Shown here in pieces: positions 43,877 to 52,726 of a stretch of DNA of 64,000 bases (its first letter is position 1; each line of letters starts with the position of its first letter). Origin of the DNA: Vicinamibacteria bacterium. Its GTDB lineage: Bacteria > Acidobacteriota > Vicinamibacteria > Fen-336 > JAGNNV01. The stretch covers positions 44,191 to 108,190 of the forward strand of contig JANLSZ010000129.1 in NCBI GenBank assembly GCA_031362685.1, written 5' to 3'. Below the pieces are notes generated by a model. The model made no database searches and had not been told where the DNA came from. It saw only the letters and a list, made by a program, of their open reading frames with translations. The position numbers and the translations under genes are program-made.

Positions 43877-45001
43877 ATGACAACATTCCAGCGAACCGTC
43901 GAGTCCTACCGCCAAGGCGCGCAAACGATGCCGCGCGAGTACTACACGTCCCCCGCGATTTTCGCTGAGGACGTTGAGCGCATTCACGCGCGCCACTGGA
44001 GCTGCGTGGGGCGCGCGAGCGCGTTCGCCACCGCCGGTGACTACCAGACGCGAACAATCGCCGGTGAATCGCTCATCATCGTGCGCGACCGCGGCGGCGA
44101 GTTGCATGCGTTTTTCAACGTATGCCGCCATCGCGGCACGCGGATCTGCCGCGAGACCGCCGGCAAGTTCTCCGAGACGATCCAGTGCCCGTACCACGCC
44201 TGGACGTACGGACTCGACGGCCGGCTCGTGGGCGCACCGCATATGAACGGGGTCCTTGGCTTCGACAAGACGCACTACCCGCTCCACCAGGCCGCAGTCG
44301 CCGAGTGGGAGGGGTTCGCCTTCGTGAACATCGCGGAGAAACCGCAGCCGTTCGATGAGTGGTTCGCACCGATGGTCGGGCGATTGTCGCGCTTCAACTT
44401 GGGGTCGCTCAAGGTGGGCCATCGCGCGCGCTACGAGGTGAACGCCAACTGGAAACTCGTGTTCCAGAACTACTCGGAGTGCTTTCACTGCCCCACGATC
44501 CATCCGCAGCTCTCCACCGTACTGCCCTATACAAGCGGCGGCAACGATCTCTCGGCCGGCCCGTTCCTCGGCGGCTACATGGAGATCAAGGCGCCGCACG
44601 AAAGCGCCACCCTCACCGGGCGTGCTTGCAGCCGGCTGGTGAGCGATGGACTGCAGGGTGACGACCGCAAGCGTGCCTACTACTACACGCTGATGCCCAA
44701 CATGGCCCTCAGCGTCCACCCGGACTACGCCAACTTCTATATTCTCACGCCCGTCGGGGTCGACAAGACCATCGTCGAGACCGAGTGGATGTTTCACGCG
44801 GACAGCGATCGCGATCCGAAGTTCAACCCGAAGGACGCGATCGATTTCTGGGACGTGACCAACCGGCAGGACTGGGACATCTGCGAGCGCAGCCAGCAGG
44901 GAATCTTCTCGCGACGCTACGCGCCTGGTCCCTATTCGCCGCGCGAGAGCATCCCCGCCGCCTGGGATCAGCAATATCTCCAGATGATGGGCCGCTCCTG
45001 A
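43877..45001 (+). CDS. Rieske [2Fe-2S] aromatic-ring-hydroxylating oxygenase alpha subunit (GbcA/choline-monooxygenase-like)
   Basis: 374 aa. Rieske motif CRHRGTRIC...CPYHAWTY. The catalytic-domain stretch NYSECFHCPTIHP is a mononuclear Fe ligand region. No reductase partner is adjacent. Confidence 0.8.
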   Translation: MTTFQRTVESYRQGAQTMPREYYTSPAIFAEDVERIHARHWSCVGRASAFATAGDYQTRTIAGESLIIVRDRGGELHAFFNVCRHRGTRICRETAGKFSETIQCPYHAWTYGLDGRLVGAPHMNGVLGFDKTHYPLHQAAVAEWEGFAFVNIAEKPQPFDEWFAPMVGRLSRFNLGSLKVGHRARYEVNANWKLVFQNYSECFHCPTIHPQLSTVLPYTSGGNDLSAGPFLGGYMEIKAPHESATLTGRACSRLVSDGLQGDDRKRAYYYTLMPNMALSVHPDYANFYILTPVGVDKTIVETEWMFHADSDRDPKFNPKDAIDFWDVTNRQDWDICERSQQGIFSRRYAPGPYSPRESIPAAWDQQYLQMMGRS

Positions 45002-45034
45002 GTCACACCATGGAGACTGAAATGTCCGCAGGCA

Positions 45035-46420
45035 CTATCGCGAGGCGAGGAGTGTGTCGAGGGAGGCGACCAGGGCGGCCCGGTGGGTCTCCGCTTCCGC
45101 GGAGAGCCGGGACGCCATGAGGTTGATGGCCTCGTAAGGATCGGTCCGCAGGTCGTAGAGCTCGAGCGTAGTGTCATCGAAGCGAATGAGTTTGAACGCC
45201 GTGTCCCGAATGGCCTTCCCGTTCCTCGCCCCCCCACGCTCGGGGGGGCCGAAGAGCTCGGTCATCACCCACGGCCGAAGCGGAGCCTGGCCGGGGTTCA
45301 CGAGGTAGGGCACCAGGCTCACCGAGTCCACGGTGTTGCCGCCCGGGGGGAGTGCTCTGGCCATGTCGACCTGAGCGAGCTCGAGGATGGTCTTGAAGAC
45401 ATCGAGCACGTGGGCCAATGCACCCACACGCCGGCCGCCCGCAACCACGCCGGGCCCGGCAATGGTCAGGGCCACCTGAACGCCACCCTGGTAGAGGTCA
45501 CCCTTGCCGCGCGTGCGGGGTATCGGGCTCTGGGTGACTTCGTCTGGCGTGCCGTTGTCGCCGAGGAAGATGATCCATGTCCGCGCGAGCACGGCTGGCG
45601 ACAATCCGTCGATGAGGCGGCCCAACTCGGTGTCCATCGCTTCGATCATCGCGTGGTAGTGCTCGATCGGGCGCGCCGGAAATGGCGGTCCGGCGAGTAC
45701 GCCGTAGGTGTGAAGCGCCGCCGGGGCCACGTGATAGGGCGCGTGGCCCGCGTTGAAGGCGAGCCACATCAGCCAGGGCTTGCTTTGGAGCGCGATCCAG
45801 TCGCGCGCGTCGTTCGCGGCGACCGTGGTCGCATACTCGGTCGAAGTCACGGTGACGCCATCGACGGTGCGAGGCCAGCTGAAATAGTTCGGGAGCGCAC
45901 CGGATGTGTTCCCCGCGTAGCGGGAGAAGCCCACCAGGTTGGGGTGGTTGTTTCCCCCGTTCGCCGCCGTGGAGAGGTGCCACTTGCCGACGGCGGCCGT
46001 GACGTAGGAAGGGTTCCCTTCGACGAGAGCCAGGGGGAGCGCACGCTCGGTAAGGGGCAGGGGCTGATTCACCGTTCCCACCGTGTTCCTGAACCCGTGG
46101 CGCCCGGTCAGGACGGCCGCGCGCGTCGGGGAGCACAAGGGCGCCGCCCACACGTTGTCGAAGACGACACCACGCGCGCAGATAGAGGCGATGCGGGGAG
46201 CACGCCCCGGATCGAACGCGACCGAGTGGCAGACGCTTGCGTCGAGACCCATGTCATCCCCGATGACGAGGAGGATGTTCGGGGCCGGCGCCACGAGGGC
46301 CGGGCTCGCGGTCACGCTGGGGCTTTTAGGTCCACCGCAGCCGATGACTGCGGCGAGCAGACCTGCGATCACCCAGGGGCGGAGAGGGCGGGCGCCGCGA
46401 ACGAGGTTCTCTCTGGTCAT
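45035..46420 (-). CDS. Sulfatase (arylsulfatase family), exported
   Basis: 461 aa with a lipoprotein-like signal WVIAGLLAAVIGCGG. ILLVIGDDMG, the formylglycine motif LCSPTRAAVLTGR, and the C-terminal LELYDLRTDPYE. Confidence 0.85.
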   Translation of the reverse strand: MTRENLVRGARPLRPWVIAGLLAAVIGCGGPKSPSVTASPALVAPAPNILLVIGDDMGLDASVCHSVAFDPGRAPRIASICARGVVFDNVWAAPLCSPTRAAVLTGRHGFRNTVGTVNQPLPLTERALPLALVEGNPSYVTAAVGKWHLSTAANGGNNHPNLVGFSRYAGNTSGALPNYFSWPRTVDGVTVTSTEYATTVAANDARDWIALQSKPWLMWLAFNAGHAPYHVAPAALHTYGVLAGPPFPARPIEHYHAMIEAMDTELGRLIDGLSPAVLARTWIIFLGDNGTPDEVTQSPIPRTRGKGDLYQGGVQVALTIAGPGVVAGGRRVGALAHVLDVFKTILELAQVDMARALPPGGNTVDSVSLVPYLVNPGQAPLRPWVMTELFGPPERGGARNGKAIRDTAFKLIRFDDTTLELYDLRTDPYEAINLMASRLSAEAETHRAALVASLDTLLASR

Positions 46421-46456
46421 CGCTCCTTTGGACCCATGGCCGCCCCGAATGATCGA

Positions 46457-46475
46457 GGGATTGTAGGTGAAACAA
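46457..46475 (+). promoter_or_regulatory. AT-rich 19-nt motif GGATTGTAGGTGAAACAAG (copy 1), candidate operator/promoter element
   Basis: 18 of 19 nt identical to 48189-48207 in the same orientation. Contains the inverted TTGT-N7-ACAA. Lies in the divergent sulfatase/SDR intergenic region. Confidence 0.35.
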
Positions 46476-46636
46476 GCGGGGTTTGCCCGTCAAGTCCAGC
46501 CCGGCCCGGTTCGCCGGGAGCGCGCAGCCTCCCCTGGGGCAGCGCGCAGCCTCCCCGGGGGGATGCCCTTGCGAGCCGGCCGGTTGCCCGGGGCGAAGAC
46601 GGTAAGCTACCAGCGAATGTGATCGAGATTCCCCGC

Positions 46637-47401
46637 ATGAAACTCAAAGGCCGCATCGCAATAATCACCGGGGCCACGTCAGGCATTGGCGAGGCATCGG
46701 CTCTCCTCTTCGCGGAAGAAGGCGCCAAGGTGATGGTGACCGGCCGCGACGAAACGCGTGGCCGAAACGTGGTCGCCGCGATCGCGGCGAAGGGCGGCAC
46801 GGCGGTCTTCCTCAGGGCCGACGTCCGGCTTCCTGGTGATTGCGAACGCGTGGTGGCGGAAACCTTGCGCGCCTTCGGCGGCCGTCTCGACATTCTCTTC
46901 AACAACGCGGGCGTGTTCCATCCGCACAACGCAATCGACTGCACCGAAGAGGAGTGGGATGCGACGGTGGACTCGAGCCTGAAGGGATCATGGCTGATGG
47001 CCAGGTACTCTTTGCCGACCATGATCGAGCAGGGGCGCGGCGTGATCATCAATCAGGCGTCGGGCTGGGGCCTTCAGGGCGGCGACGAGGCCGTCGCCTA
47101 TTGCGCAGCCAAGGGCGGGCTCGTCGTGATGACCAAGGCCATGGCGATCGATCACGGGAAGCAGGGCATTCGCGTGAACTGTCTTTGCCCTGGCGATGTC
47201 GAGACCCCGATGCTCGCCACCGACGCCGAGGCTCGGCGAATGACTTACTCGGACTACATGAAGGGCGCCGCCAACCGTCCGCTCGGCCGGGTCGGCACCC
47301 CACTCGAACTGGCGCGAGCGGCGCTCTTTCTCGCCTCTGACGATTCGTCGTTCATGACCGGTGCGGCATTGGTGGTGGACGGCGGCGGCATCGCCGGCTG
47401 A
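46637..47401 (+). CDS. SDR-family oxidoreductase
   Basis: ATG at 46637 within the 45083..47401 track ORF; 254 aa. TGATSGIGEA and the catalytic YCAAKGG. The upstream part of the track ORF is antisense to the sulfatase gene. Confidence 0.85.
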   Translation: MKLKGRIAIITGATSGIGEASALLFAEEGAKVMVTGRDETRGRNVVAAIAAKGGTAVFLRADVRLPGDCERVVAETLRAFGGRLDILFNNAGVFHPHNAIDCTEEEWDATVDSSLKGSWLMARYSLPTMIEQGRGVIINQASGWGLQGGDEAVAYCAAKGGLVVMTKAMAIDHGKQGIRVNCLCPGDVETPMLATDAEARRMTYSDYMKGAANRPLGRVGTPLELARAALFLASDDSSFMTGAALVVDGGGIAG

Positions 47402-47436
47402 TCGACGAGGGTCAAACAGATGTCAAGGGGGTCCCG

Positions 47437-48189
47437 ATGAAGGGTTTGATCGGCAAGCGTGTGGTGATCACCGGCGGCGCGAGCGGAATCGGTGCTTCGA
47501 CGGTGGAGCGGTTCCTGGAGGAAGGAGCGCGCGTCGCGGTGATCGACCGCGACGAGGCCGGTGGTCGAGCGCTTCGGCAAAAACATCCAACCCTCGCCGG
47601 CGTCATCAATGCCGACGTGGCCGACGCCGCGGCGGTGAGCGGCGCCTTCCGGAAGCTCGACGAACTGCTGGGCGGGGTGGACGTCGCGATCAACAACGCC
47701 GGTATCAGCGTGCGCCACGACTTCATGGACATTACGCCCGCGGAATGGCGCAAAGTGATGAGTGTCGATCTCGATGGCGTCTTCTACGTGGCCCAGGAAT
47801 CTGCCCGACGCATGCTCGCCGGCAGCGGCGGCGTCATCATCAACATGGGCTCGACATCGGGAATGAACGGCTACCCACGGTACGCCGACTACAACGCCGC
47901 CAAGGCCGGCGTGATCGAGCTCACCCGCACGATGGCGCTGGAGTTGGCGCCGACCATCCGCGTGATCGCGGTGTGTCCCGGGTACGTCTGGACAGCCATG
48001 CAGGAAGCCGAGTACACCGAGGAGATGAGGGCGGCGGTGGACGCAAAGATTCCGCTTCGCCGCCACGCCAAGCCCAGCGAAATCGCCGCTCTGTTCGCCT
48101 TTCTGGCCTCCGACGAGGCTCCCTACATCACGGGGCATCCCGTGATCATCGATGGCGGCGAAATCGCCGGCGGCCTGGCCAGCCGGTAG
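47437..48189 (+). CDS. SDR-family oxidoreductase
   Basis: 250 aa with TGGASGIGAS, NNAGI and the catalytic YNAAKAG. Confidence 0.85.
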   Translation: MKGLIGKRVVITGGASGIGASTVERFLEEGARVAVIDRDEAGGRALRQKHPTLAGVINADVADAAAVSGAFRKLDELLGGVDVAINNAGISVRHDFMDITPAEWRKVMSVDLDGVFYVAQESARRMLAGSGGVIINMGSTSGMNGYPRYADYNAAKAGVIELTRTMALELAPTIRVIAVCPGYVWTAMQEAEYTEEMRAAVDAKIPLRRHAKPSEIAALFAFLASDEAPYITGHPVIIDGGEIAGGLASR

Positions 48190-48207
48190 GATTGTTGGTG
48201 AAACAAG
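48189..48207 (+). promoter_or_regulatory. AT-rich 19-nt motif GGATTGTTGGTGAAACAAG (copy 2)
   Basis: Starts at the last base of the SDR stop codon and ends 28 nt before the GTG start of the APC permease. 18 of 19 nt identical to copy 1. Confidence 0.35.
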
Positions 48208-48235
48208 AGCAGGGCCGAGTTGCTCGCGTGAGCGC

Positions 48236-49588
48236 GTGAGCGCGGGCGCGCAGGGCGAAAGCGGCGTTTCCGGCAAGGACCCCCGAAAGTTCGGCTTCTG
48301 GACGGCGTCGGCGCTGGTGGTCGGCAACGTCATCGGCGCCGGGCTCTTCCTCCTGCCCGCGACGCTGGCGCCTTACGGCTGGGACAGCGTCGCGGGATGG
48401 CTCATCACCCTCGTCGGTGCTCTCTGCCTGGCGTGGGTCTTCGCCCAACTGAGCCGGTACCTGCCGCACGCAGGCGGTGCGTTCGGCTTCATGCGCCTCG
48501 CGCACGGGGATGGTCCGGCGTTCGTGGGTGCGTGGGGGTACTGGGTCTCGATCTGGGTGGCGAACGCGGCGATCGCAACCGGTGCGATCAGCTACCTCAG
48601 CCAACTCGTTCCTTCGGTCGAGAGCACCGTGGGGGTGGCCCCGATCCTCACTTGCGGCGTCATCTGGCTCCTCACCTGGGTCAACCTCCGCGGCGTGCGC
48701 ACCGTGGGCTGGGTGCAGATGGGCACTACCATCGTGAAACTCCTGCCCTTCGTCGCGGTGTTCGCGCTGATCATCGTGCGCCTGGCCTCCAAAGGCATGT
48801 CGGCGGTCGCGCCCTTCGACGCGGGCGCGCTCACCCTCGATGGTGCGACCGCCGCGGCGACGCTCACCCTCTACTCGCTGACCGGGATGGAGTCGGCGGC
48901 GATCCCCGCCGACCGGGTTGAGGACCCGGCGCGCACCGTGCCGGCCGCGACGATGTTCGGCACGTGGCTGACCGGCATCGTCTCTCTCGTCTGCTGTTCG
49001 GCGGTGGTGCTGATGCTCCCGTCGGCCGAGGTCGCCGGTTCGACGGCACCGTTCGCGCTGTTCATCGGCCGGGCGTGGGGCGACGGGGCGGCCGCCTTCG
49101 TCGCCTTGTGCGCAATGGTCAGTTGCTACGGCGCACTGAACGGCTGGGTACTCCTCGCCGGCGAACTCCCCGCGGCCATGGCCGATGCGGGCCGGCTTCC
49201 CGCCTGGTTCGGCGTGCGGAACGCGCGCGGCGCACCGGCGCGCGCGGTTCTCCTCAGCAGCGTGCTCACCTCCGTCCTGGTGCTGCTCACCTTCACCAGT
49301 TCGATGGCCGCCGTGTTCACCTTCGCGATACTGCTCGCGACCGCGACCAACCTCGTGCTCTATCTGTTCTGCGCCGTCGGCGCCGTCCGGCTGATGCGCA
49401 GCGGCGCGGTCCCTCACTCACGGATGCTCCTCGGGGCCGCGGTCGGCGCTACGGTGTTCTCGGTCTGGGCGCTCTACGGAGCCGGGCGCCAGGCTCTGCT
49501 CTGGGGGATGGTCCTGCTGCTGGCCGGCTGGCCGGTCTTCATCGTGGCGGCGCGCGCCCGCGCTGCGGCGGCCCGATCGAGCCCATGA
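48236..49588 (+). CDS. APC-family amino acid permease (basic amino acid/polyamine antiporter-like)
   Basis: In-frame GTG at 48236; 450 aa. FGFWTASALVVGNVIGAGLFLLPATLA, with about 12 TM. The track ORF start at 48152 overlaps the SDR gene. Confidence 0.8.
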   Translation: MSAGAQGESGVSGKDPRKFGFWTASALVVGNVIGAGLFLLPATLAPYGWDSVAGWLITLVGALCLAWVFAQLSRYLPHAGGAFGFMRLAHGDGPAFVGAWGYWVSIWVANAAIATGAISYLSQLVPSVESTVGVAPILTCGVIWLLTWVNLRGVRTVGWVQMGTTIVKLLPFVAVFALIIVRLASKGMSAVAPFDAGALTLDGATAAATLTLYSLTGMESAAIPADRVEDPARTVPAATMFGTWLTGIVSLVCCSAVVLMLPSAEVAGSTAPFALFIGRAWGDGAAAFVALCAMVSCYGALNGWVLLAGELPAAMADAGRLPAWFGVRNARGAPARAVLLSSVLTSVLVLLTFTSSMAAVFTFAILLATATNLVLYLFCAVGAVRLMRSGAVPHSRMLLGAAVGATVFSVWALYGAGRQALLWGMVLLLAGWPVFIVAARARAAAARSSP

Positions 49589-49731
49589 CGAAGCTGGACG
49601 TGCCGAATCAGGTACCGCCCCGGGGTGGCCCCAACAGCCATGCGGGACTGTTCCTCACTCGGGACGCCCCGAGGCATTGACAGCGCCAGGCCCTCACCGG
49701 CCGGCGGTGCGCCGTCGCGGCTCGGATCGGA

Positions 49732-50130
49732 CTACGGCACCTGCGTGATGCGTGCGAACGTGGACGGCGTCAGCATCGCCAGCGAGGTCATGTAGGCGGC
49801 AAGCACATCCGCCTCGATCAGACGGGTTCGGGTTGCGGTAATGGCCGCGAACAAGGCATACCCATCGCCGCCGCCGGCGCTGAAGTCGCTGAGACCCACG
49901 GTGTAGGTGGTTGCGTCGCTCAAGATCGGCAGACCCCCGGCGAGGGTGACGCTCGTGACTCGTGAACCGACCGGAGCCGAGAGGGAGTAGACGAAGCTGA
50001 AGCCGGAGATCTGCATAAACCCTCCGCTTAGCGCGGGCATGTTCCCAACCGAGATATTGAGAGCCTGCCAAAGTTGCGCCCCGGTGAGGGTCATCGTGGC
50101 GATCTCGTTCCCGAAGGGCCTGGCCTCCGG
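49732..50130 (-). pseudogene. Remnant of a 5'-nucleotidase/UshA-like gene (C-terminal domain only)
   Basis: The frame reads PFGNEIATMTLTGAQLWQALN...MQISGFSFVY...GSRVTSVTL...YTVGLSDFSAGGGDGYALF, the terminal ~130 aa of a 5_nucleotid_C domain. An in-frame TGA sits at 50131-50133, and no metallophosphatase domain lies upstream. Confidence 0.55.
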
Positions 50131-50282
50131 TCAGCGAGGCCCGGGTGATTGCCGGCGTGAGAGTCTTCAGCAGCTCGGTCACGTTCGCGACCTGTTGCTT
50201 CAGGGTGGCGATCTCCGTGGTGTCCGTGCCAATCGGCCCCACCTCATCGCGCCCGAAGGCGGCGAAGGAATCCTGGGCCGCC

Positions 50283-50801
50283 TCAGCCCTGTCGGAGCCG
50301 GCCGAAGAGGTGGGCCAGATACCCACCGAACGTCCAGATCCCCGAATAAATGAAGATGGTGGAGAACAAGTGGAAGAAGAAGAGGAACCCCCCGGCCTGG
50401 CTTCCGAAGGACAGACCCTGGGGAGTGGGGTTCTTGGCATAGGCGTCCACCTGCTCGACCAGGGCCTCGAGACTCGCGCCGGCGCCTGAGGGCGCCAGCT
50501 CAAACCTGCCGCTCTTCGTCAACAGGATGGGCACGGCCCTGGTGTAGGAGTTGCCGTCCTCGTCATGGGCCTGGCGGGGCTCCGCCACCGCCCCACGCAC
50601 GTCCTGGTAGCGGCGGATCGGGATGTCGACGAGTTTGAAGATACGCCGGGCCTCGGTGCACATCACCGGGCCTCCCGCGTTCCGTTCGCAACGGAAAGTC
50701 ACCCCGCTCGTGAAGTAGAAGGCGGCGGAGCCCATCAGGAGGGGGATTCCGCCGAGGAAGAGCACGCCGAAAAGTGTGGTCTGGGCCTTGGACTCGCTCA
50801 T
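50283..50801 (-). CDS. Hypothetical membrane protein (2-3 TM)
   Basis: 172 aa with an N-terminal TM (TLFGVLFLGGIPLLMGSAAFYF) and a C-terminal hydrophobic region (GGFLFFFHLFSTIFIYSGIWTFGGYLAHLF). No family recognised. Confidence 0.5.
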   Translation of the reverse strand: MSESKAQTTLFGVLFLGGIPLLMGSAAFYFTSGVTFRCERNAGGPVMCTEARRIFKLVDIPIRRYQDVRGAVAEPRQAHDEDGNSYTRAVPILLTKSGRFELAPSGAGASLEALVEQVDAYAKNPTPQGLSFGSQAGGFLFFFHLFSTIFIYSGIWTFGGYLAHLFGRLRQG

Positions 50802-50909
50802 CGTGCGTCGGGCCGATCGGTTCGAACTCCGTCTATCCGGCAGACACTCATTGGTCTCGTTCCAGCACTACACGTTTCCTCCCCGGCCGCCGCGCCGGCA
50901 AGGGTGGCG

Positions 50910-52598
50910 CTATTTCCCCGCCGCTCCGCCGTCGGGCGGTCGCCGATCGACGCCACCCTCCAGCATGTTCTTCTTCTGGTTGAGGACGATCACCTGGGCG
51001 GCGCCCTGGCCCTCGCCTTCGGTGACCGTGTGGCCCATTGCCCGCAACGCTTTGATGGTGTCGGCCGAAAATCCATATCGCTCGACGGTGATCTCATCGG
51101 GCAGCCACTGGTGGTGCATGCGGCCTGCGTCGACCGCTTCCTGGGCGTTCATCCCGAAATCCACAACATTGAGAATGGTCATGAGGACGGTGTTGATGAT
51201 GGTGCGGCCGCCCGGGGACCCGGTGATCATGAAGAGTTTCCCGTCCTTGGCCAGAATCGTGGGCGACATGCTCGACAGCATCCGCTTCCCCACCTGGGCC
51301 AGGTTCGGCGAGGTGCCGATGAGACCGCGCTCGTCCGTCCGCCCCGGGCCGGCGTTGAAGTCGCCCATCTCGTTGTTCAGCAGGAAGCCCCCGCCGGGCA
51401 CCACGATGCGCGAGCCGAAGTAGTCCTCGATGGTGTAGGTCAGGGACACCGCGTTGCGCCTGGCGTCGACGATCGACAGGTGAGTTGTTTCCCGGGATTC
51501 GGTCGGCCAGGTAAACGAGGTGGGCGACGACTTGGACGCCTTGGTGGGATTGATGGTCGTGCGCAGGACGCCCGCATACTCCTTCGAGATCAATCGCGCA
51601 ATCGGGATGCCGGTCACGAAGTCGGGATCGCCAATGAACTGGGCGCGGTCGGCGAACGCGCGCCGCATCGACTCGGTAATCAGGTGCAGGTTCTGGGCCG
51701 AGCCGTAGCCGTTCGCCTTGAGATCGTAGGGCTCGAGCAGGTTCAGCATCTCCACGACCGCGATGCCGCCCGAGCTGGGCGGGGCCATGCCGATGATGTC
51801 GTAGCCGCGGTACGTGCCCTTGATGACGTCGCGCTTCTTCGCCTGGTACGCCTTCAGGTCCTCGCGCGTGATGAGGCCGCCGTGGGCCTTCATCTCCTTC
51901 TCGATGAGCAGGGCCGTCTCGCCCTCGTAGAAGCCTTTCGGTCCCTGTTCGGCGATCCGGGTCAGGGTGCGCGCCAGGTCGGCCTGCTTGAGAATCTCGC
52001 CCGCCTGGTAGGGCTGGCCGTTTTTGGAGAACTGAGCCAGCGACGCCGGATACTTCTTGAACTCAAGGATCATCTCCTCGAACGAGAGGGCGAGACCATG
52101 CGAGATCTCAAAGCCATCCCTGGCCAGCGCGACCGCGGGCATCACCAGATCCTTCCACGGCTTCGAGCCGTGTTCCTTCCAGGCCAGGTGGAGACCGGAA
52201 ACCGTCCCCGGCACGCCCACCGCCCGGTGGCTGTAGTGATGCAGGTCGGAGTCGTACTTGCCGTCCTTGAGCCACATCTCGGCCGAGGATCCTGCGGGCG
52301 CCCGCTCTCGGAAATCGTAGGACGTGGGTTCACCGCTCTCGGGTCGGTAGACGAGGAATCCGCCCCCGCCGATATTGCCCGCGGCGGGATGGGTGACGGC
52401 CATGGCAAAAGCCGTCGCCACCGCGGCGTCGATCGCATTCCCTCCGCCCTTGATGACCTGAAAACCGACTTCGGACGCGATATCGCTCTCGGTGATGACC
52501 ATGCCCAGCCTGGCGCGGGCGGGCGCGGACTGCGCTTGAGCCGAGAGCGGTAATAGAGCGAGTGCGGCAAAGACGAGTAGAAACGCGCGACGAATCAT
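50910..52598 (-). CDS. ggt: Gamma-glutamyltransferase, exported
   Basis: Start placed at MIRRAFLLVFAALALLPLSAQA (52598). Autoprocessing site SRETTHLSIVD, GSPGGRTIINT, and GGAQVI-like tail. Confidence 0.9.
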   Translation of the reverse strand: MIRRAFLLVFAALALLPLSAQAQSAPARARLGMVITESDIASEVGFQVIKGGGNAIDAAVATAFAMAVTHPAAGNIGGGGFLVYRPESGEPTSYDFRERAPAGSSAEMWLKDGKYDSDLHHYSHRAVGVPGTVSGLHLAWKEHGSKPWKDLVMPAVALARDGFEISHGLALSFEEMILEFKKYPASLAQFSKNGQPYQAGEILKQADLARTLTRIAEQGPKGFYEGETALLIEKEMKAHGGLITREDLKAYQAKKRDVIKGTYRGYDIIGMAPPSSGGIAVVEMLNLLEPYDLKANGYGSAQNLHLITESMRRAFADRAQFIGDPDFVTGIPIARLISKEYAGVLRTTINPTKASKSSPTSFTWPTESRETTHLSIVDARRNAVSLTYTIEDYFGSRIVVPGGGFLLNNEMGDFNAGPGRTDERGLIGTSPNLAQVGKRMLSSMSPTILAKDGKLFMITGSPGGRTIINTVLMTILNVVDFGMNAQEAVDAGRMHHQWLPDEITVERYGFSADTIKALRAMGHTVTEGEGQGAAQVIVLNQKKNMLEGGVDRRPPDGGAAGK

Positions 52599-52726
52599 GG
52601 TGAGAGGCCTCCGACACGGATCATAGTGGCCAAGCGTGCCAGAAGGGCCAAGGGCCAACCCCCGAGGAAGCCTGCCCCGGACTCACCGGGCATAGAATCC
52701 CTCCTCAAGACTTCAAAGGAGGCGCA

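Noticed and set aside
45083-46636. N-terminal 518 codons of the 772-aa track ORF 45083..47401
   Set aside because: This part is antisense to the well-supported sulfatase gene. Only the segment from the ATG at 46637 shows SDR motifs.
48226-48244. Short direct repeat GCGTGAGCGCGTGAGCGCG at the start of the APC permease gene
   Set aside because: It is simple low-complexity duplication of a 7-8 nt GC-rich unit, overlapping the chosen GTG start. There is no evidence of function beyond creating start-site ambiguity.
49694-50503. 269-aa minus-strand ORF
   Set aside because: It is mostly Arg/Ser/Pro-rich and overlaps both the 5'-nucleotidase remnant frame and the 50283..50801 membrane protein. Only a short middle piece might be a frameshifted fragment of the decayed gene.
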